Positions 1-18,569 are shown, numbered from the stretch's first letter. The stretch: DNA of 64,000 nt from Octopus vulgaris (GCA_951406725.2 OX597830.1:74400001-74464000), one strand, 5' to 3'. Notes: generated from the letters alone by a model not told the origin. Numbers and translations are program-made.

Positions 1-2120
1 ATATTTCTTTTCCTTATATATTTTTTGGTGATTTCAGTTGGGAAGGGTTTCATCTTGTGCTACAATTAAAAATCCTTCGCTCTCTGTTTTGAGTCCTGAG
101 CTTCCCAACTATTGTTAGGATTTTTGCTTTGTCTATATCTTTTCTGTTTAGATTAGCCTAATATTCGCTATGTAGGGGCTTTTCTTGTCATCTTTTTATC
201 ATGATCCATTGCTCTTACAATTTTAGTTTAGATTTCAGTTGTATTATAGCTTTTGTTGTTTCTTCTTTTCCTTCATAGTTGTAAGGTACTATGACTCCTT
301 TTTGTATTTTTCAGCTACTCTAAAAACTGAAAACACTTTATTTTTCGTATTTTGTGGCTATTTGTATTAGTTTGCGTTGCTTCTGATGTAGGTATTTCTG
401 TAGTCCTATGGATGGTTATATTGTAATAGTTTTCTAGCTGTGTAAGGCCTCTACCACCTTCAATACGTTGTATATATAGTCCCTCTATGTCAGAATTTGG
501 GTGGTGCAGCTTAAATCCTGTAACAATTTTTCTTGTTTTCCTGTCTATTTCAATTAGTTCATTTAGAGTCCAGTTAAGAATAGTGAAGCAACAAATTTTG
601 ACTTTGACGTCTACATTGTTGATAACTACTATCTTGTTATTCGTATTGATCTCTGTTTTAAGCATGAATCTAACTCGTTTATAGTATTCCTTTTCTATAT
701 TCTCTTTCATTTGTTTGTGCTGAATCGCATCTAGTTCATTGATTCCTAAGTATTTGTTGGTCTGGCTTCGATCTAATTCTCTTATTTCATTTGATTTATC
801 TAGTGTGACGTTGCTACTCTTCATTAGTTTTCCTCTTTTCCGGATCGCTTTGGCACAATTTTCTAAGCAGAATTCCATGAAAAATTTTATTGGTAAATCC
901 ATGTACTATCTGTGGTAACGTTTCCAGTTGTTTGTCATTTGTAGCATATACTTTTAGGTCATCCATATACGAGAGATGGCTGATTGTTTTGCGGTAACAG
1001 TTGTATCTACATCCTGTTCTGTTTAGCATACCAGATAAAGGTGTCAGTGCCAAGCTGAAGAGGAGTGAAAAGTGTGTGTCACCCTGGAATATTCCTCTCC
1101 TAACGAGGATCGGTTTGGTTTCTATGAATCCTTCTTTATCTAGAGCTGTAGTTCTGTCTGCCATTTATTCATGGAATGTTTTACATATTTTTTTGATTAT
1201 TGGTGCTACCATGTTCATAGCTACTGTTTCTAGGATGCATGAGTGGGGAATACTATTAAAATCCTTTCGGTAATCGATCCAGGTCATACTTAGACACTTC
1301 TTCTTTCTGCGGCTGTCTTCAGTTATGGCTTTATTGACCGTATGAGCCCTTGCAGCATACCTTCTGCTCTTCTCGAAACAATTTGTTTCCTTCCAGATGT
1401 TTGCCTATTCACTGCGATATTATTGCAGTAAAGGTTTTGTAAGTTGTAGAAAGTCAAGTTATCGGTATCGTTCTGTAACTTTGTAGGTTTGCAGATTCAG
1501 TGGATTTGGGTATTAAGATAGTTTTCCCTTCCGTGAGCCATTCAGACATATTCTATGACTCTGCTAGTATTTCATCAAATTTATCAGCTTGCTTTTATGT
1601 GTTCCTGCTTGGCATTTTAACTAGAAATTATGGTTCTTGTTGTGCACAGGTGCATCCCAGTTGCTTAGTTTTTGCAGTGCTTGATTGACATTTTCAGGTT
1701 GTTATAAGGATCCAGAGTTGTTCAGGTGCTGTGTTCGTTGTTTTGATAGGTTTATTGCTCAGGTTGTTCCTTCGCCGACCATATTTCTTTCCAAAATTCT
1801 TCCACTTCTGTTGGTGCTGCATTGAAATCTATTTTATTTTCGCCAAGTTCTTGGTAGAATCTTTTGGGTTTGGAGTAGAAATGATGATTCATTCATAGAA
1901 ACTTTGGCGTTTCTCAAAAGAGAGTATTCTTTGTGCTTTGACAAATATATGTTGCTTTAGCTTTTCTTTTACCTCAGGCATACCTTCTTCTCTAATTTTG
2001 TATTTGCGTAGTACTTTTCTTTTTCGTTTTGTTGCTTAGTAGTGTTCATTGTCTACCAGTTTCATTAAAGGTTGACAGATCCCTTCTGTTATTTTCTGTT
2101 GACTGATACTTTCCGTATTC
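1..2120 (-). mobile_element. Decayed R4/Dong-clade (RLE-type) non-LTR retrotransposon, RT region; runs off the window start
   Basis: Minus-strand frames give RRGIFQGDT..LLFSLALTPLS and SHLSYMDDLKVYA (814-1164), KYLGI and HHPNSDIEGLYIQRIEGGRGL (315-902), and GLKTESEGFLIVAQDETLP near 40-105. Frameshifts and stops throughout. Confidence 0.9.
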
Positions 2121-2166
2121 TATATTGACGGATCCTTTCTCTTACTCTTATTTTCTATTTCGTTCT

Positions 2167-2438
<272 letters not shown>

Positions 2439-2439
<1 letters not shown>

Positions 2440-3320
2440 GTGAGAGAACAGTGCATGCCATCAAAGTGACACTGGGGTAAAATATACGAAGCCCAGTATA
2501 CCCATCATGACTAAATGCCTGATAAGGGTACACCAGGCACATGCATCACAACCATATGTGTGCGACACGGTGATCTCATATCAAGATAAACAGCACATGA
2601 CCTTGCAGGTGGGGCCCAATTAGAATTTTCTTCTGGTCGAGCAACCCATCCTGCTCAAAAGGTCTCTGAATTAGGGTTGTTTAGGGATGTCGAACGAAAC
2701 ACGCATGTTTCCAGAGGTGAATTATCCAAGCCACAAAGGATCCCTCTCAATACATGGTGTATGGTGTCCGACTACACGATCTGTCTGAAAAGCATTGTCC
2801 CAGAGTATCATTACTTTTCCATCCTCCTGCATAACTTTACTTGTACATGCTCATAGCACTTCTCAGTTACTTCATACTGGTATTTACAGCATAAGAGCCA
2901 ATGAAGATACTCACAGACTTTATCGTGGTGGTCATTGTATTCCTTTTGTGCAAGGCTCTCACATCTACTTACCAAATGGGTCACATTCTCCAGACTCTTT
3001 CCACAGTATCAGAAGTTTTATAAATATCATACTTCACTGAATTGGTAGCAAGAGCCTGGTCTTGTGCAGCAATGATCAGGCTTTCGATGGTACGCTTCAA
3101 GCCACCTCGCTGAAGCCATGCCTACGATGCTGTATTATCCTTAACTTCCAGTGTATTCCTTTTAAACTGTCCATGCATTCTCATTTCAAGAAGGTCTTCT
3201 TTTCCCTTCTCTTCAGTTTAAACTCTTCCTTACCCATTCTTTCATCGGCATTTACACCCATATCTTTCTTGGCATATTGCAGTCGGCCTTCATCGCTATT
3301 TATCAAATACTCGGCTAGAC
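2439..3320 (-). mobile_element. 3' end of a second R4/Dong-like LINE (CCHC knuckle, start of RLE domain, 3' UTR ending in TAA repeats), internally deleted
   Basis: Minus strand reads ESLIIAAQDQAL (~3050-3086), RYCGKSLENVTHLVSRCESLAQKEYNDHHDK (~2920-3010) and ILWDNAFQTDRVV (~2770-2808), then non-coding sequence ending at the (TAA)n tract. Confidence 0.85.
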
Positions 3321-3329
3321 TTTGGATAT

Positions 3330-3992
3330 ACTTGTGTCTGGTGACGAAAAATAGATGTTCTATTGAAATGTTAAACGCCGTAAACAGTGACTTGGTAAAA
3401 GGGAAAACAACTTAACCTCAACTGAAAAGGGAACTTCATGGGAAAAAGGTTCTTCTCTCTATCTGGTGGTATTGCAAAGGAGTCATTCAATTTGAGTTGT
3501 TACCACCTAATGCAACAATCAATACTCAAGTCTTCTGTCAGCAATTAGAGCGTTTGAGCCAGGATTTGAGGAAAAAAAGATTAGCTTGAGTGAATCGAAA
3601 AGGAGTGATGTTTCATTAGGACAATGCGTGACGCCATACTGCAAAGATCACATCACAGAAGATCGAAGAACTTCGTTAGAAAAAAAATTCCTCATCCACC
3701 TTATTCCACCAAACTTCCTCCTTCATACTACCATTTATTTCGTAGTTTACAGAATCATTTGGGGGACATAACTTTCGCAAGCCAGGAGGAGGTCGAAACT
3801 GACATTTCAGAGTGCTTCGCTTTGAAAACAAATGCACTTTGCATTGACGGAATGAAAAAGTTTGTATATAGATGGAAGGAAGTCATAGATAAACAGGCTA
3901 AGTACATTGTTAATTAAATTTCATTGAAATATAACATTTGATCGCTTGTTCTCTTTATTTAAAATTCGGACAGAACATATAGGATGACCTTA
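3330..3992 (+). mobile_element. Mariner (DD34D) transposase pseudogene, C-terminal half plus probable right end
   Basis: GDEK*MFY, KKVLLSIWWYCKGVIQFELLPP, and HPPYSTKLPPSYYHLFRSLQNHL (degenerate HPPYSPDLAPSDYHLF). Confidence 0.9.
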
Positions 3993-3994
3993 AA

Positions 3995-6140
<2,146 letters not shown>

Positions 6141-6575
6141 TTGCATGCACACACGTATTACACCTATATCCGCACAACCTTGTAGGCTTTTTCACTGTTG
6201 GCACTTCTGTCGTTATTCAATGTTAGATGACGTATCCGATGTCAGCTAAAAATCATTGGAGAGGAACGTCACATTTTTCGCGGCAAATGAAACAAAAGAC
6301 AAAAAGAAAAAGAAAAACAAACAAACACACGTAAGCCAAATAAACTAAAAAAAAACACACAAATAAACAAACAAGCAAACAAACGAACGATCGAACGAAC
6401 GAACAAACATAAAGAGTCAACAAACAACTCGCTAAAATTATGGGGAAAATATGAGCAAGACGATTTACGAATCGTAAAAGGAGTCAATGTTGATATAGTT
6501 AATTATGTAGTGATATTAGTTTCGCTTCATATCAAAATGAGGAGATAAACAGAAATATATAAAATAAATATAAAT

Positions 6576-6669
<94 letters not shown>

Positions 6670-6903
6670 GTATATATATCAATAAATATAAAACAGTAAT
6701 GAATAAAATAGAAGATAATAATAAAATATATATCCTTTAATATATACATTTCAGGGTGACATTAGCATTAATCGATTGAAAAATTTCTAACACCACAACA
6801 GATTAAAGTTTCGTTTGCGCTCGCTCATTCCTTTTTTGCTGTAAAATAAAATAAAATAAAATAAAATGAAATAAAATGAAATAAAATTACAAATACTACT
6901 ACC

Positions 6904-7880
<977 letters not shown>

Positions 7881-8448
7881 GTATATCAATAGTTTTATTA
7901 AGTTCATTCATTGGAGACTATCCGTGTTAGAGCCTCTTCCGATGAGGGTGACATCGGACAAATCTGCGACAGTATTTATACTAAGGCCGCTATATTATCT
8001 TCCACCATTTTTTGTCGAGTCACCAAATTATGTGCACATAAGCAAACAAACATCGAATGCCAAGATGCAGATGATGACTAACGTAAATAAACACTCGTAT
8101 ATACACGCAAATTTACCCCATCCCACCCAAACGCACACACTCGCACACATACGCACGAATACACACACATACACGGACCCTGGTGCTACGCATTTCCACG
8201 CGGTTACCGTGTATCTAATTCAATCGGAATTTCTCGTTCTGCCCAAGGAGTAAGCTACTGGTCAAAGTGCCATGCAATGGGAAAGAAAACGACACACGTT
8301 TTTGTTGAGCTAAGTTCTCTACCAAATAGCTCTGCTTCTGCCAATAATATATATGCATACATATGTGTATCTTTGTATGTATTTTTCACATTTTATATAT
8401 ATATGCATATATATATACATACATACATACATATATATATATATGTAT

Positions 8449-8840
8449 ATAGTGAGAGTTTACGAAAATAAAACAAAAGACGAAGACTGGTGATGTACAA
8501 AACAAACAGGTGTATTAGTATAACGCTCAGGAATAGAAAAAGTATTTTACGTTTCGAGCTTACGCTCTTCTACAGAAAGGGACACAAAAAAAACAAGGAG
8601 AACAAAAAAGTATGCAGTGGCTAACGATCTATCATGGCGACTAGTCCCGGACAGAAGGGTCACCCACGAGAAGTAAAGTAGGGGAGATAACTAGGTAAAG
8701 TATATAGTGAGAGTTTACGAAAATAAAACAAAAGACGAATACAACACAAACATATATATAACGCTCAGGAATATATATATAGCTTACGCTCTTCTACAGA
8801 GGGACACAGAAAACACAAGGAGAGAAACAAGGAGAGAGAT
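8449..8840 (-). mobile_element. Penelope-like pLTR-type repeat in partial tandem (full copy plus deleted copy), same family as 63295-63497
   Basis: tatagtgagagtttacgaaaataaaacaaaagacgaa occurs at ~8449 and ~8703. Strong similarity to 63295-63497. Embedded in (TA)n and carries a hammerhead-like motif. Confidence 0.6.
8543..8580 (-). ncRNA. Minimal hammerhead-like motif, variant core CUGUAGAA
   Basis: Minus strand: ccttt CTGTAGAA gagc-gtaa-gctc GAAA cg T A aaata. Confidence 0.45.
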
Positions 8841-9654
8841 ATATATATATATATATCACACACGAAGTAATATAACAAGGTAAAGATAGATATATATATA
8901 TACATATATCTGTATGTGTGTGGGTATGCGCGTGTGTGTGATAGTGTGTCTTGTGCATGTGTGTACAAATACAAGCAAAGAGGAACTCATCTCAAGTATT
9001 AAGAATTAACCTAAATTTAAATGCCATGAAGATAAACTTAGTCTTAGTATCAGGAAATAGAAATACAGCCGTAGACACGTTTATCTGGTTGAAATAACTC
9101 CATCGAACTTAGTGGTATAACACTGTCAAACTCACATACTTGCACGTGAGGGCGCACACACACACACACACAAACGCACACACATATACACAAACGTATT
9201 TATATATAAACAAATCTCCGTACATGTATAGATAGGTGTGTATTTGTATATATGTCTATACACATTCATACATACAAACACACACACGCGCGCACGCGCA
9301 CACACATATATAGATAACTTTTATCGTATATATGTTATTTTTTAAGTAATTTTTTATTTAACACAAATTTATTGCATTACTTGAGGGCACAAATTATAAA
9401 CTAATTAAAAAGTCGCAGAAAATTTGGGAAATATATTAAGTATTTTTTTTTTTATGTGCGACTATTAGTTATGCCATGAGGGCAGTGCCTGATGATTGAG
9501 CTGAGACACCAGACGCGTTAAAGAATACTGTCTGGCATGCTCTCACCACATATAAACAATAGTAGCACATAAAAAAACATATATTGTGTCAATTAAATAG
9601 TATTTATCTCCCACCAGAGTACATTTTTTGCTGATCCTACCATTTCAGAAGATT

Positions 9655-9719
<65 letters not shown>

Positions 9720-9773
9720 ACTTTTATTCCTCTATATGCGTGAGCCTTGAGGCTGCGGATATCCTGGGGCACC

Positions 9774-9804
<31 letters not shown>

Positions 9805-10147
9805 TGCATATATGTATATATATTATGTCTTGGGCGTAGATTTAATTGTTCGATTGCAACTGTTGCGTCTAAAACTTCACGTAGCGCATGATCAGCCAAA
9901 CGTCTTCAACCAATGTGATGTGTATACTGTTCTTAAAAATATTAATGAGGAGAAATTACGATAAACACAATTTTATATCATTTGTTCCCTTCGAACGCTT
10001 CTCCATTACTTTTATTTTTAGCCACTATAACATTAGACGTTCCAGGTTTCAACTACATGCTGATCAACAACAGATTATTAGCATATCCAAATAAACAGAC
10101 AAATAGATACTATTCACTGAATCTAATTCTATGACATATTTCCGTGT

Positions 10148-10453
10148 GGAGGCACATGGCCTAGTGGTTAGAGCAACGAACAAGCGGTCGTGGGACCGCA
10201 AGTTCGAATCTCAGACCGGGCGATGTGTGTGTTTATGAGCGAAACACCTAAGCTCCACGCGGCTCCGGCAGAAGGTAATAGAAAACCACTGCTGACTCTT
10301 TCGCCACAAATTTCTCTCATTTTTTCCTCCTGCATCTTGCAGCTCACCTGCGACGGACCGGCGTCCCGTCCAGGTGAGGAACCTATACGCCAATGAAACC
10401 GGGAAACCGGCCCTTATGAGCCAGGGATGGCTCGAGAAGGAACAAACAAACTA
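10148..10453 (+). mobile_element. tRNA-derived SINE (family 1) with 14 bp TSD
   Basis: A-box tggcctagtggttaga and B-box gttcgaatc. TSD acatatttccgtgt at 10134-10147 and 10454-10467. Homologous to 22455-22766. Confidence 0.9.
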
Positions 10454-12777
10454 ACATATTTCCGTGTACCTTCAAAATTTATTCTTCGATTATCTCTATT
10501 TGGAAAATATGAACTGGAAATATTAAATTAAAATTCCCTCCAGTCTTGCAAAATTAACAAAAGTCTTCCAAAATTTGTATGTCAGTGACACAAAATATAC
10601 CATTTGTAAACATATCCCTTCGTAACTGCCAATTGTATAGTTTGTCTCCATAAAAGATGGATGTATTAAGACATTTCAAACATTCATTCTATTCTACAAT
10701 TTAATAATGAACAATAATGCAGTAGCGATGTTCACCTAAATAGCCAATTAATCAGTAATTGCCCAATTAACTCCATATTTACTTTGCTGCATAAATTTAA
10801 AGCTAATAGCAAACTTCATAACATGTGAAATGTTCTAGATAAACAGAAGGGGGAGATTTTTGTAATGAGATATCCTCTCTTCCATTACTTATTATTTCAC
10901 CATCGTACAAAGATATCCTATATATTCATTATTGTTCTAACTGTCGAGATGCACTCATAAATTATATTTAACCAAAATATTACACGACCTAGCTACGTGC
11001 AACTACTCAGAGCCTTATAAATTTTATATATTTTGCACATTTCATATTGTATGTAACATCCTTATTACATAGTCAATCACATTCTACATTTGTATATTAG
11101 TGCATGATACAAAAGCAATTTTTTTTTACCATCTGAATTGAAGTTAAAATATGCTTGAGAAAGATTTGAACATGTAAACGAGTTTCACTGTGGATTGTAG
11201 TGGAAAACATGTCTCCATTAAGAGAAGGTGTTAGATACCGTTAAGCGAGAAATTTTTCTCCACGACAAATGGCAGCGAAAATCTTTTACAAGTTCAAATG
11301 TATCACAAGCAATTTTGAACGGGTCTTCAGTTTGCATTCTTGCCATCCCTGCTCGACACACTCTTTGTATAATAAATCAGGTTTTACAACCGCTTTTTTT
11401 TTTTTTACCTGTGGACCATTTTAATTCCTATTGTACTCGAATGGACCTTCATAGCTATTCAATATTTGAAATATTCTATTATAATTTTGTAAGTAGAGAT
11501 TTTTAGGAATTGCATAAAATATTTGGTGTATTGTGAAAATATAACCAACGTATTGCATATAAATTCTAACAACAAAATCTTATATCAACCCACAACAGCC
11601 TTAGTGACCCCGGTCGAGAAACAGTGGTATAAACTCAGCCATCATTTAGCATCTGAGGAACCTCCATCCCAATAGAAATACAATGGATATACACCTAGTT
11701 ATTTTATATTAGCTCAAAAATAAAGCCAATTGTACGTTTTTATGTAGCAAGATTTGGGAACTGAAAGAAAACAGAATCAAATTTAGCCTTAAATGGGATA
11801 TTATAAGGAAATCACAGCCTTATAGAGATACGGTGCGAGCTGTGCTCTATGGAATCTTATGAAATTATTAAGTATAGGGACAAGAGCAACCTGGTTAATA
11901 ATACAGTAGACCTAAGTGTATCATGCGTACATAGGGTCACCCGTACATTTAAATATTTTCGAAATTAGCATTTGTAGTAGCTGCACTTGAACCTGGATAA
12001 GAGACATTAATTTTAGTGTCGTATACTATGTGTACTTAACCCCTAGTCGTGTTGTTGCCTTTATTGAACTCATAAAGCAAAATATGCCGAATGTGCTTTT
12101 TGTCACCTCCATTATAGCTTTGAAAAACTAACAGTTAAAATCGAACTGCACTCTTCAAAACTTGTACTAAGAAGAAGGCTTTTAGAGCAAGTTGATGCAG
12201 AAAGTTTATCCTGTCCCTTCCGGTTTTTAGTTCAGGCAACTGAAAAAAACGCATTATTTATGGGATGACCCAATATATGTTAATATTTGGACATTGGGTA
12301 TATATCTATCAGTATGACGATTAAAGCACATTCACCGTTTGGGCTAACTGATGTCATCTACAGTTACGATATAATTTTCACTGGATCTACGTGACGAAAC
12401 CTGCAGTGTTTGTTGAATTTATAGCTAATGACCCTTTTCGAAACCATCGTCGCGCTGAATATAGATTCGTAGTAGATCCACCTTTTGTTTCCTGAATCAA
12501 TTATGTGTGTGTGTACGTGTGTGCGTACGTGTGTGTGTATGTGTGTGTATGATTTTATCCTATAAAATCCTTAGCCATACCTACACTGAATCTTCTGTTC
12601 TCCATCTAATCATTATATCTGGTAACCTATATAACATGGTATTTGCATTACTGTACATATTTTCTACATTTTACGAAAGACCTTTCTGTAAAAGTAAACT
12701 TTAGTAAACAACACATTAAACATTTCAACCTAAATTACGCATGTAATATTCATACTAGCACCAACTGTGTTTTATAT

Positions 12778-13178
12778 TCTTTTCTACTCTAGGCACAATG
12801 TCCGAAATTTTAGGGGGAGGGGACCAGTGGATTAGATCGATCCCAGTACGCAACTGGTACTTAATTTATCGACTCCGAAAGAATGAAAGGCAAAGTCGAC
12901 CTCGGCGGATTTTGAACTCAGAACGTAAAGACAGACGAAATACCTATTTCTTTACTACCCACAAGGGGCTAAACACAGAGAGGACAAACAAGGACAGACA
13001 AACGGATTAAGTCGCTTATATCGACCCCACTGCGTAACTGGTACTTAATTTATCGACCCCGAAAGGATGAAAGGCAAAGTCGACCTCGGCAGAATTTGAA
13101 CGCAGAACGTAACGGCAGACGAAATACGGCAACGTATTTTGCCCGGCGTGCTAACGTTTCTGCCAGCTCGCCGCCTTA
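12778..13178 (-). mobile_element. tRNA-derived SINE (family 2, Meta-like central domain), dimer
   Basis: Reverse complement: ggcggcgagctggcagaa head, gttcaaattc B-box, gcctttcatcctttcggggtcgataaattaagtaccag core repeated twice, with two different tails. Confidence 0.9.
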
Positions 13179-13941
13179 AATGTGTTTTATATTACGTTAT
13201 ATTCTTCACAGTCAGTACTTAATCTAACAAAATTTCTTACTATGTCAAACACATTCGCTCTTTATTTGTATGATCCTTGTGTAAGAATCTATCGCCACTT
13301 TTATTTATATTCAGTATCAACTGCGATGCATTAGTTCCTCCTACTCTAAATCATAGAGGACCTCACAATGACATTGAATCAAACATATACTTTTAATATA
13401 ATAAGTTAGAATGAATTAACAAGGCTTTTTCACACATTTGTTTCTTCTATTCTCAAATAATTACGTTTTCCTATATCTTTTCATATTCCCAGCAGTTTTT
13501 CTTTCAACGTTATTCTGCATATTATAGCACAATACATATATGATAATTCCATAATTCACTTTATTAGAAAACCCAAAAACTATTTAATTCTATTATACCC
13601 TTATAATTATAGATATCAACTTGATTTTGTAGGCCTATTCATATTGTAATTTCTTTATTTGTTGTGGCTAACAATCATCGAATTATCGATATACGCAAAA
13701 AAAAAAAAAAAACTAATTGGAAAATTGGAGAAATGTAATCAGAGATGAAAAATTATTTCTATTAAATCTGAAAAAGAAGCACAACATCAATAAATTTGGA
13801 TTTAGGACACAAAAAGACCCACCTTGTATCAAGTGATTTAAATATTTTGAAATAGTATACAGGCGCACTCACCAGACATGAAAATATAAGGCAACAAAGA
13901 AATCATTTACAGCTTGAACTAATCACAGATATATACCCAAC

Positions 13942-14005
<64 letters not shown>

Positions 14006-14880
14006 TTATATACACTCACATAGATATGTCTACATGTATCTAGGAGTGTATGTATGGGGAATGGTTGCATACGTTCATGCAGAATGCACAAAGAAAACAC
14101 TGGGAATTAGAGTGACACCCACAAATAAGCATGATTTCAAAATTTTATAGGGAAACTATTACTAATATGGACGCTAAAATGAACACCACACAAGCCTCAA
14201 TGGAGAAAAAAATCTAATAAGTGTGCTTTTAACAGTAATGTAAGAGAATTCGGAACTATTTCTATAGCCGCTTTATCACACAATTACTAACTTGTACGAG
14301 ACTTATACTTGAGCGGTCATATGGAATCATGATCGAAATTGACGCAGGGAGCATGGAATTTCAAACGGGAACTTATAAATTTATTATAAGATAAATTATA
14401 TCTTTATTTTTAGAGACTGCATAAAGGGTGGGTGTCGAATGCGTAATCGACAGTCAGGAATGAAGAAAATGAAAACACCACAGCCTTATACAAATTACTG
14501 TAGTTATTCGAATACCATTCTGTTGTACAATTCAATATTGAAACAGTCAATACTAAAACAGTTAAGTCACTTATAGAAATTAATGAAGATAATACCAAAT
14601 CAAAAATAGTTTAGAGCAAAGAAGAGAGATAAACTCAAGATGTCGTAAAGAAAGCAAATACCTCCTGGCATATTACAAAAGCGAACGAGGAACTGAGTTT
14701 TAAAACCCATGTAAATGAATAAGATCAGTTATATGTTAACCTTGTGTCGCCTTGAGGAAATACATGTGATAGTTATTGCCATGTCATTTTCCGAAATACC
14801 CATGCAAGTCATATAATCTGATTAACACTTAGGACACAATGGAAAAATAATGAACTTTAAAAATAAATACAAACGCACAA

Positions 14881-14911
<31 letters not shown>

Positions 14912-14921
14912 CAGAGAGAGA

Positions 14922-15045
<124 letters not shown>

Positions 15046-15613
15046 TTATATATATATGTACATATATTTACATATACATAATGATAAACATAGACGTACA
15101 CAAATACACATATTCGTCTATGCTAATAGATAGATATTATTATGTATAGGAATATTATTTTAAACTATATTACATCTTATGGACAGAAGTGCGTTTGTAA
15201 TTTTCCTTACGTCACACATTAATATAGTTATATGAACAAAAACCGATTAAGTAAATTGCTGTTAACCGTTTATCATATTTCAAAAATATTTTATATAGTT
15301 CCAGGTCATATCATTCTGTTTCCTATGGTGATGCGTCCACTCCCAGGGATAATGCTTGGATGAAGGAATTTGATGGATTTAATTCTAGATTTGCCACACG
15401 TGTATTTTGATAATCTTATGTCTATCTTTCACTTTTTTACACTTTTCTCTCCTTATCTGTATGCATACGTACATATATACATACATGCATACATATATAT
15501 ATATATATATGTATAAACATATGTATATATTATGCATATATATGCATGTACATATATAAGCATGTGTATATGTACATGTGCATGCAAATATGTATATTTC
15601 TCTCTCTCCTTCT

Positions 15614-15704
<91 letters not shown>

Positions 15705-15732
15705 CTATCTATCTATCTATATATATATACAT

Positions 15733-15812
<80 letters not shown>

Positions 15813-16652
15813 ATGGATAAATACTTATGCATATACCTTTAATCTTCACTAAAAACATCGTCATTCTCTTTCTGTCCTCACTTTTTCGTCTAGTTCTCCA
15901 TCACAAACTATCGTGTCACCACCCAGTTACCACACAGCCATACACCCGTACGCTCGTTATTACTCATCTCATACCAGCATCCATTTCATTAGTAATAACT
16001 CTACCTCTACCTTAACCTGCACCTCTCACTCTATCTCAATCTCTATCCATAAAGTCTCTCACCCTCTCCTGTTACCACACACCACCTCTACGACCGGATA
16101 TAAAATGACGTACATGAATGTGCGGCACACCACTCTCAAATCTTTTTAGTATGGTGGATCTAACATAAAATTTGTCAAATAATTTTATGAAATCATTGAT
16201 ACACTAGCATTATATATTTTTGTTGTATTTTTCTCCTTATTTTACGTTAACGTGACAATTTAAAAAAAAAATTCTTTTAAGGTTAAATATTTTCATAATT
16301 TGTCTTTTATCTTATGAAAAGCTTTATGATAAAATTGTTAAATGACAGATTGATAGAAGTAGGATATTTTTATTTGTTGTTGTTCTGGTTGTTGCGGGGT
16401 TTGCATTATTTTGCTAGATTTTGTTGACAATTCTATTTTTTATATATTTTTATTTTTGCTTTAAATATTCATTGTAGAGCGCTTAACTTTGGTCTTCTTG
16501 TAACGAAATACTATAGAATATATAATTGTGGTATGGCGTAAGTGTGAGAGCGTTTGAGAGCGTGCTGTATGACATATATATATATATATATATATATATG
16601 TATAAATAAATATATGTATGTATGTATATATATATATATATGTATGTATATA

Positions 16653-16684
<32 letters not shown>

Positions 16685-17372
16685 CACAGATATAAACACA
16701 CACACACAGATACATACACGCACACACTTAGGTAGTCACATATGTGTGTGTGCGTGCGTAGTTGCACATATATAAATATATTTGTGTGAGTGTGTGAAAA
16801 ACGCTTTTGTCCAAACTCGTCGAATTTATTTACATAAACATGTAGAAATTTGCAAATATATAAATATCTAAGTATAATTATGTAAATAACGTGTATATAT
16901 AAATATAAATGCATATATATGTGTTTTCGTTTATATGTTAGTGTAACTTTGCGTAGATACCCGCCCGCGTGTGTGTGTGTGTGTATAGAGAGAGTTAAAA
17001 CTGAGGTTGTACGAAACGTCATTTTTGGTATATATGGACGTAGAGCTACTAGCACATATGCTTTCGCATACATCTTTATATATTTAAAATTTTTCCGAGG
17101 CTATATTTTTGAAATACTCTGCTTAGATGCAATTTTGCATTTTGCAACAAGGGTGTTGCTTTGGTTTGTTCGTTCATTCTATGTTCATATTATTTATTTT
17201 ATTCTTTTAAAAACAAAAAAAAAAAAAAAAAATTCATGAAGTTTTAAATATCCATTTCAATTATTTAACAGATGAAAACAGCGCAAAGTTATAAAATGGT
17301 CGCTTGAATTTCGAGAGGAGTAAGAAGTATATTATTCCCCGCCACACACACACAAAAAATAAATAAATAATT

Positions 17373-17607
<235 letters not shown>

Positions 17608-17724
17608 CATATATGACTTTAAAATATATGCATTATTAGTAACATGTTGGAGACGGTAATTGCAAACTGGAATCCTATACGCATATGTATACATATGTAT
17701 ATATGTATATATATAACACATTAT

Positions 17725-18525
17725 ATTGTTAGTTCTCCGTCGTTGTCGACGATGACCAAGAACATTACTTAGGAGAAGAAGACGGGCACGTTGTGTATGG
17801 CTGCTGCCAATCAATCCGATGCGTGTTTGAAAGGTTCTGCCGGCCAGGCACTAATGATGCGCAAGTACGGAAGGCGAGGATTTGACTCTGCACATGCACA
17901 TTTCATGTTCTCTGTCACCTTGCAAACCTGTTCTGTTCGTAGGAGATGGAAATATTTTTTGGGGGTGTAGCTTCACCAAGCAGGGCCGTCTTGCGCTTTA
18001 GTTTACCACGTATCAGGGTTAATCTCAAAACTATTAAGGTGAGATTTTAGTGTATACTTGAAGCGCTTTTTCTGTGAACCTAGAGTGCACATGCCTTCCG
18101 CAAGTTCGCAGTGCAAAATACTTTTGAGGAGTCGTGTTCGGGTATCAGAACAAAGTGGCCTATCCACTTGATTCACACTCTCCTCGGCAGTTTGTAAATA
18201 TTTGGCGGATCACCTCCAGAGAGAACCTCTCATCTTGTCTGGCCAGGGGATTTTCAACAGCTCTCTCAGGCGGTTTATGTGGATGGTATTTAGCTTTTTG
18301 GCGTGGCGTTCGTAAAGCGTCCAAGACTCGCGGGCGTACACTGGCGTAGGTAGTACAAGTGCTTGGTGCACCTTCAAATTGGTGACCAGCTGAATGTCTG
18401 ACCTCTGCTCCACTAATTCACGTTGCCGCCCGAATGCTGAGCTTCTTTTGGCGATGAGTTTGTCGACTTCAACATTCATATTCACAGGTCCACAAATTTA
18501 CCACCAAGGTACGTGAACTTATCAT
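17725..18525 (-). mobile_element. RTE/BovB-like LINE 3' fragment
   Basis: ORF 18210-18485 VEVDKLIAKRSSAFGRQ..LKVHQALVLPTPVYARESWTLYERHAKKLNTIHINRLRELLKIPWPDK matches the RTE thumb region. RTE-style 3' end ggtcatcgtcgacaacgacggagaact near 17730-17758. Confidence 0.85.
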
Positions 18526-18569
18526 CAAAATTAAGAGACTTTAGAGTTTACTGTGATAGTGTGTGTGTA

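Noticed and set aside
10148-10220. tRNA gene
   Set aside because: The A/B boxes continue into a SINE body with a TSD and a second copy, so this is a SINE head.
10500-14800. Possible old transposase or RT remnants and hAT-like ends (e.g. ggtcgagaaacagtg near 11610; also 9470-9540 and 51140)
   Set aside because: Too degenerate to pair ends or identify motifs by eye.
17725-18525. Horizontal transfer of the BovB-like RTE
   Set aside because: Plausible for the clade, but nothing in this decayed copy tests it without a database comparison.
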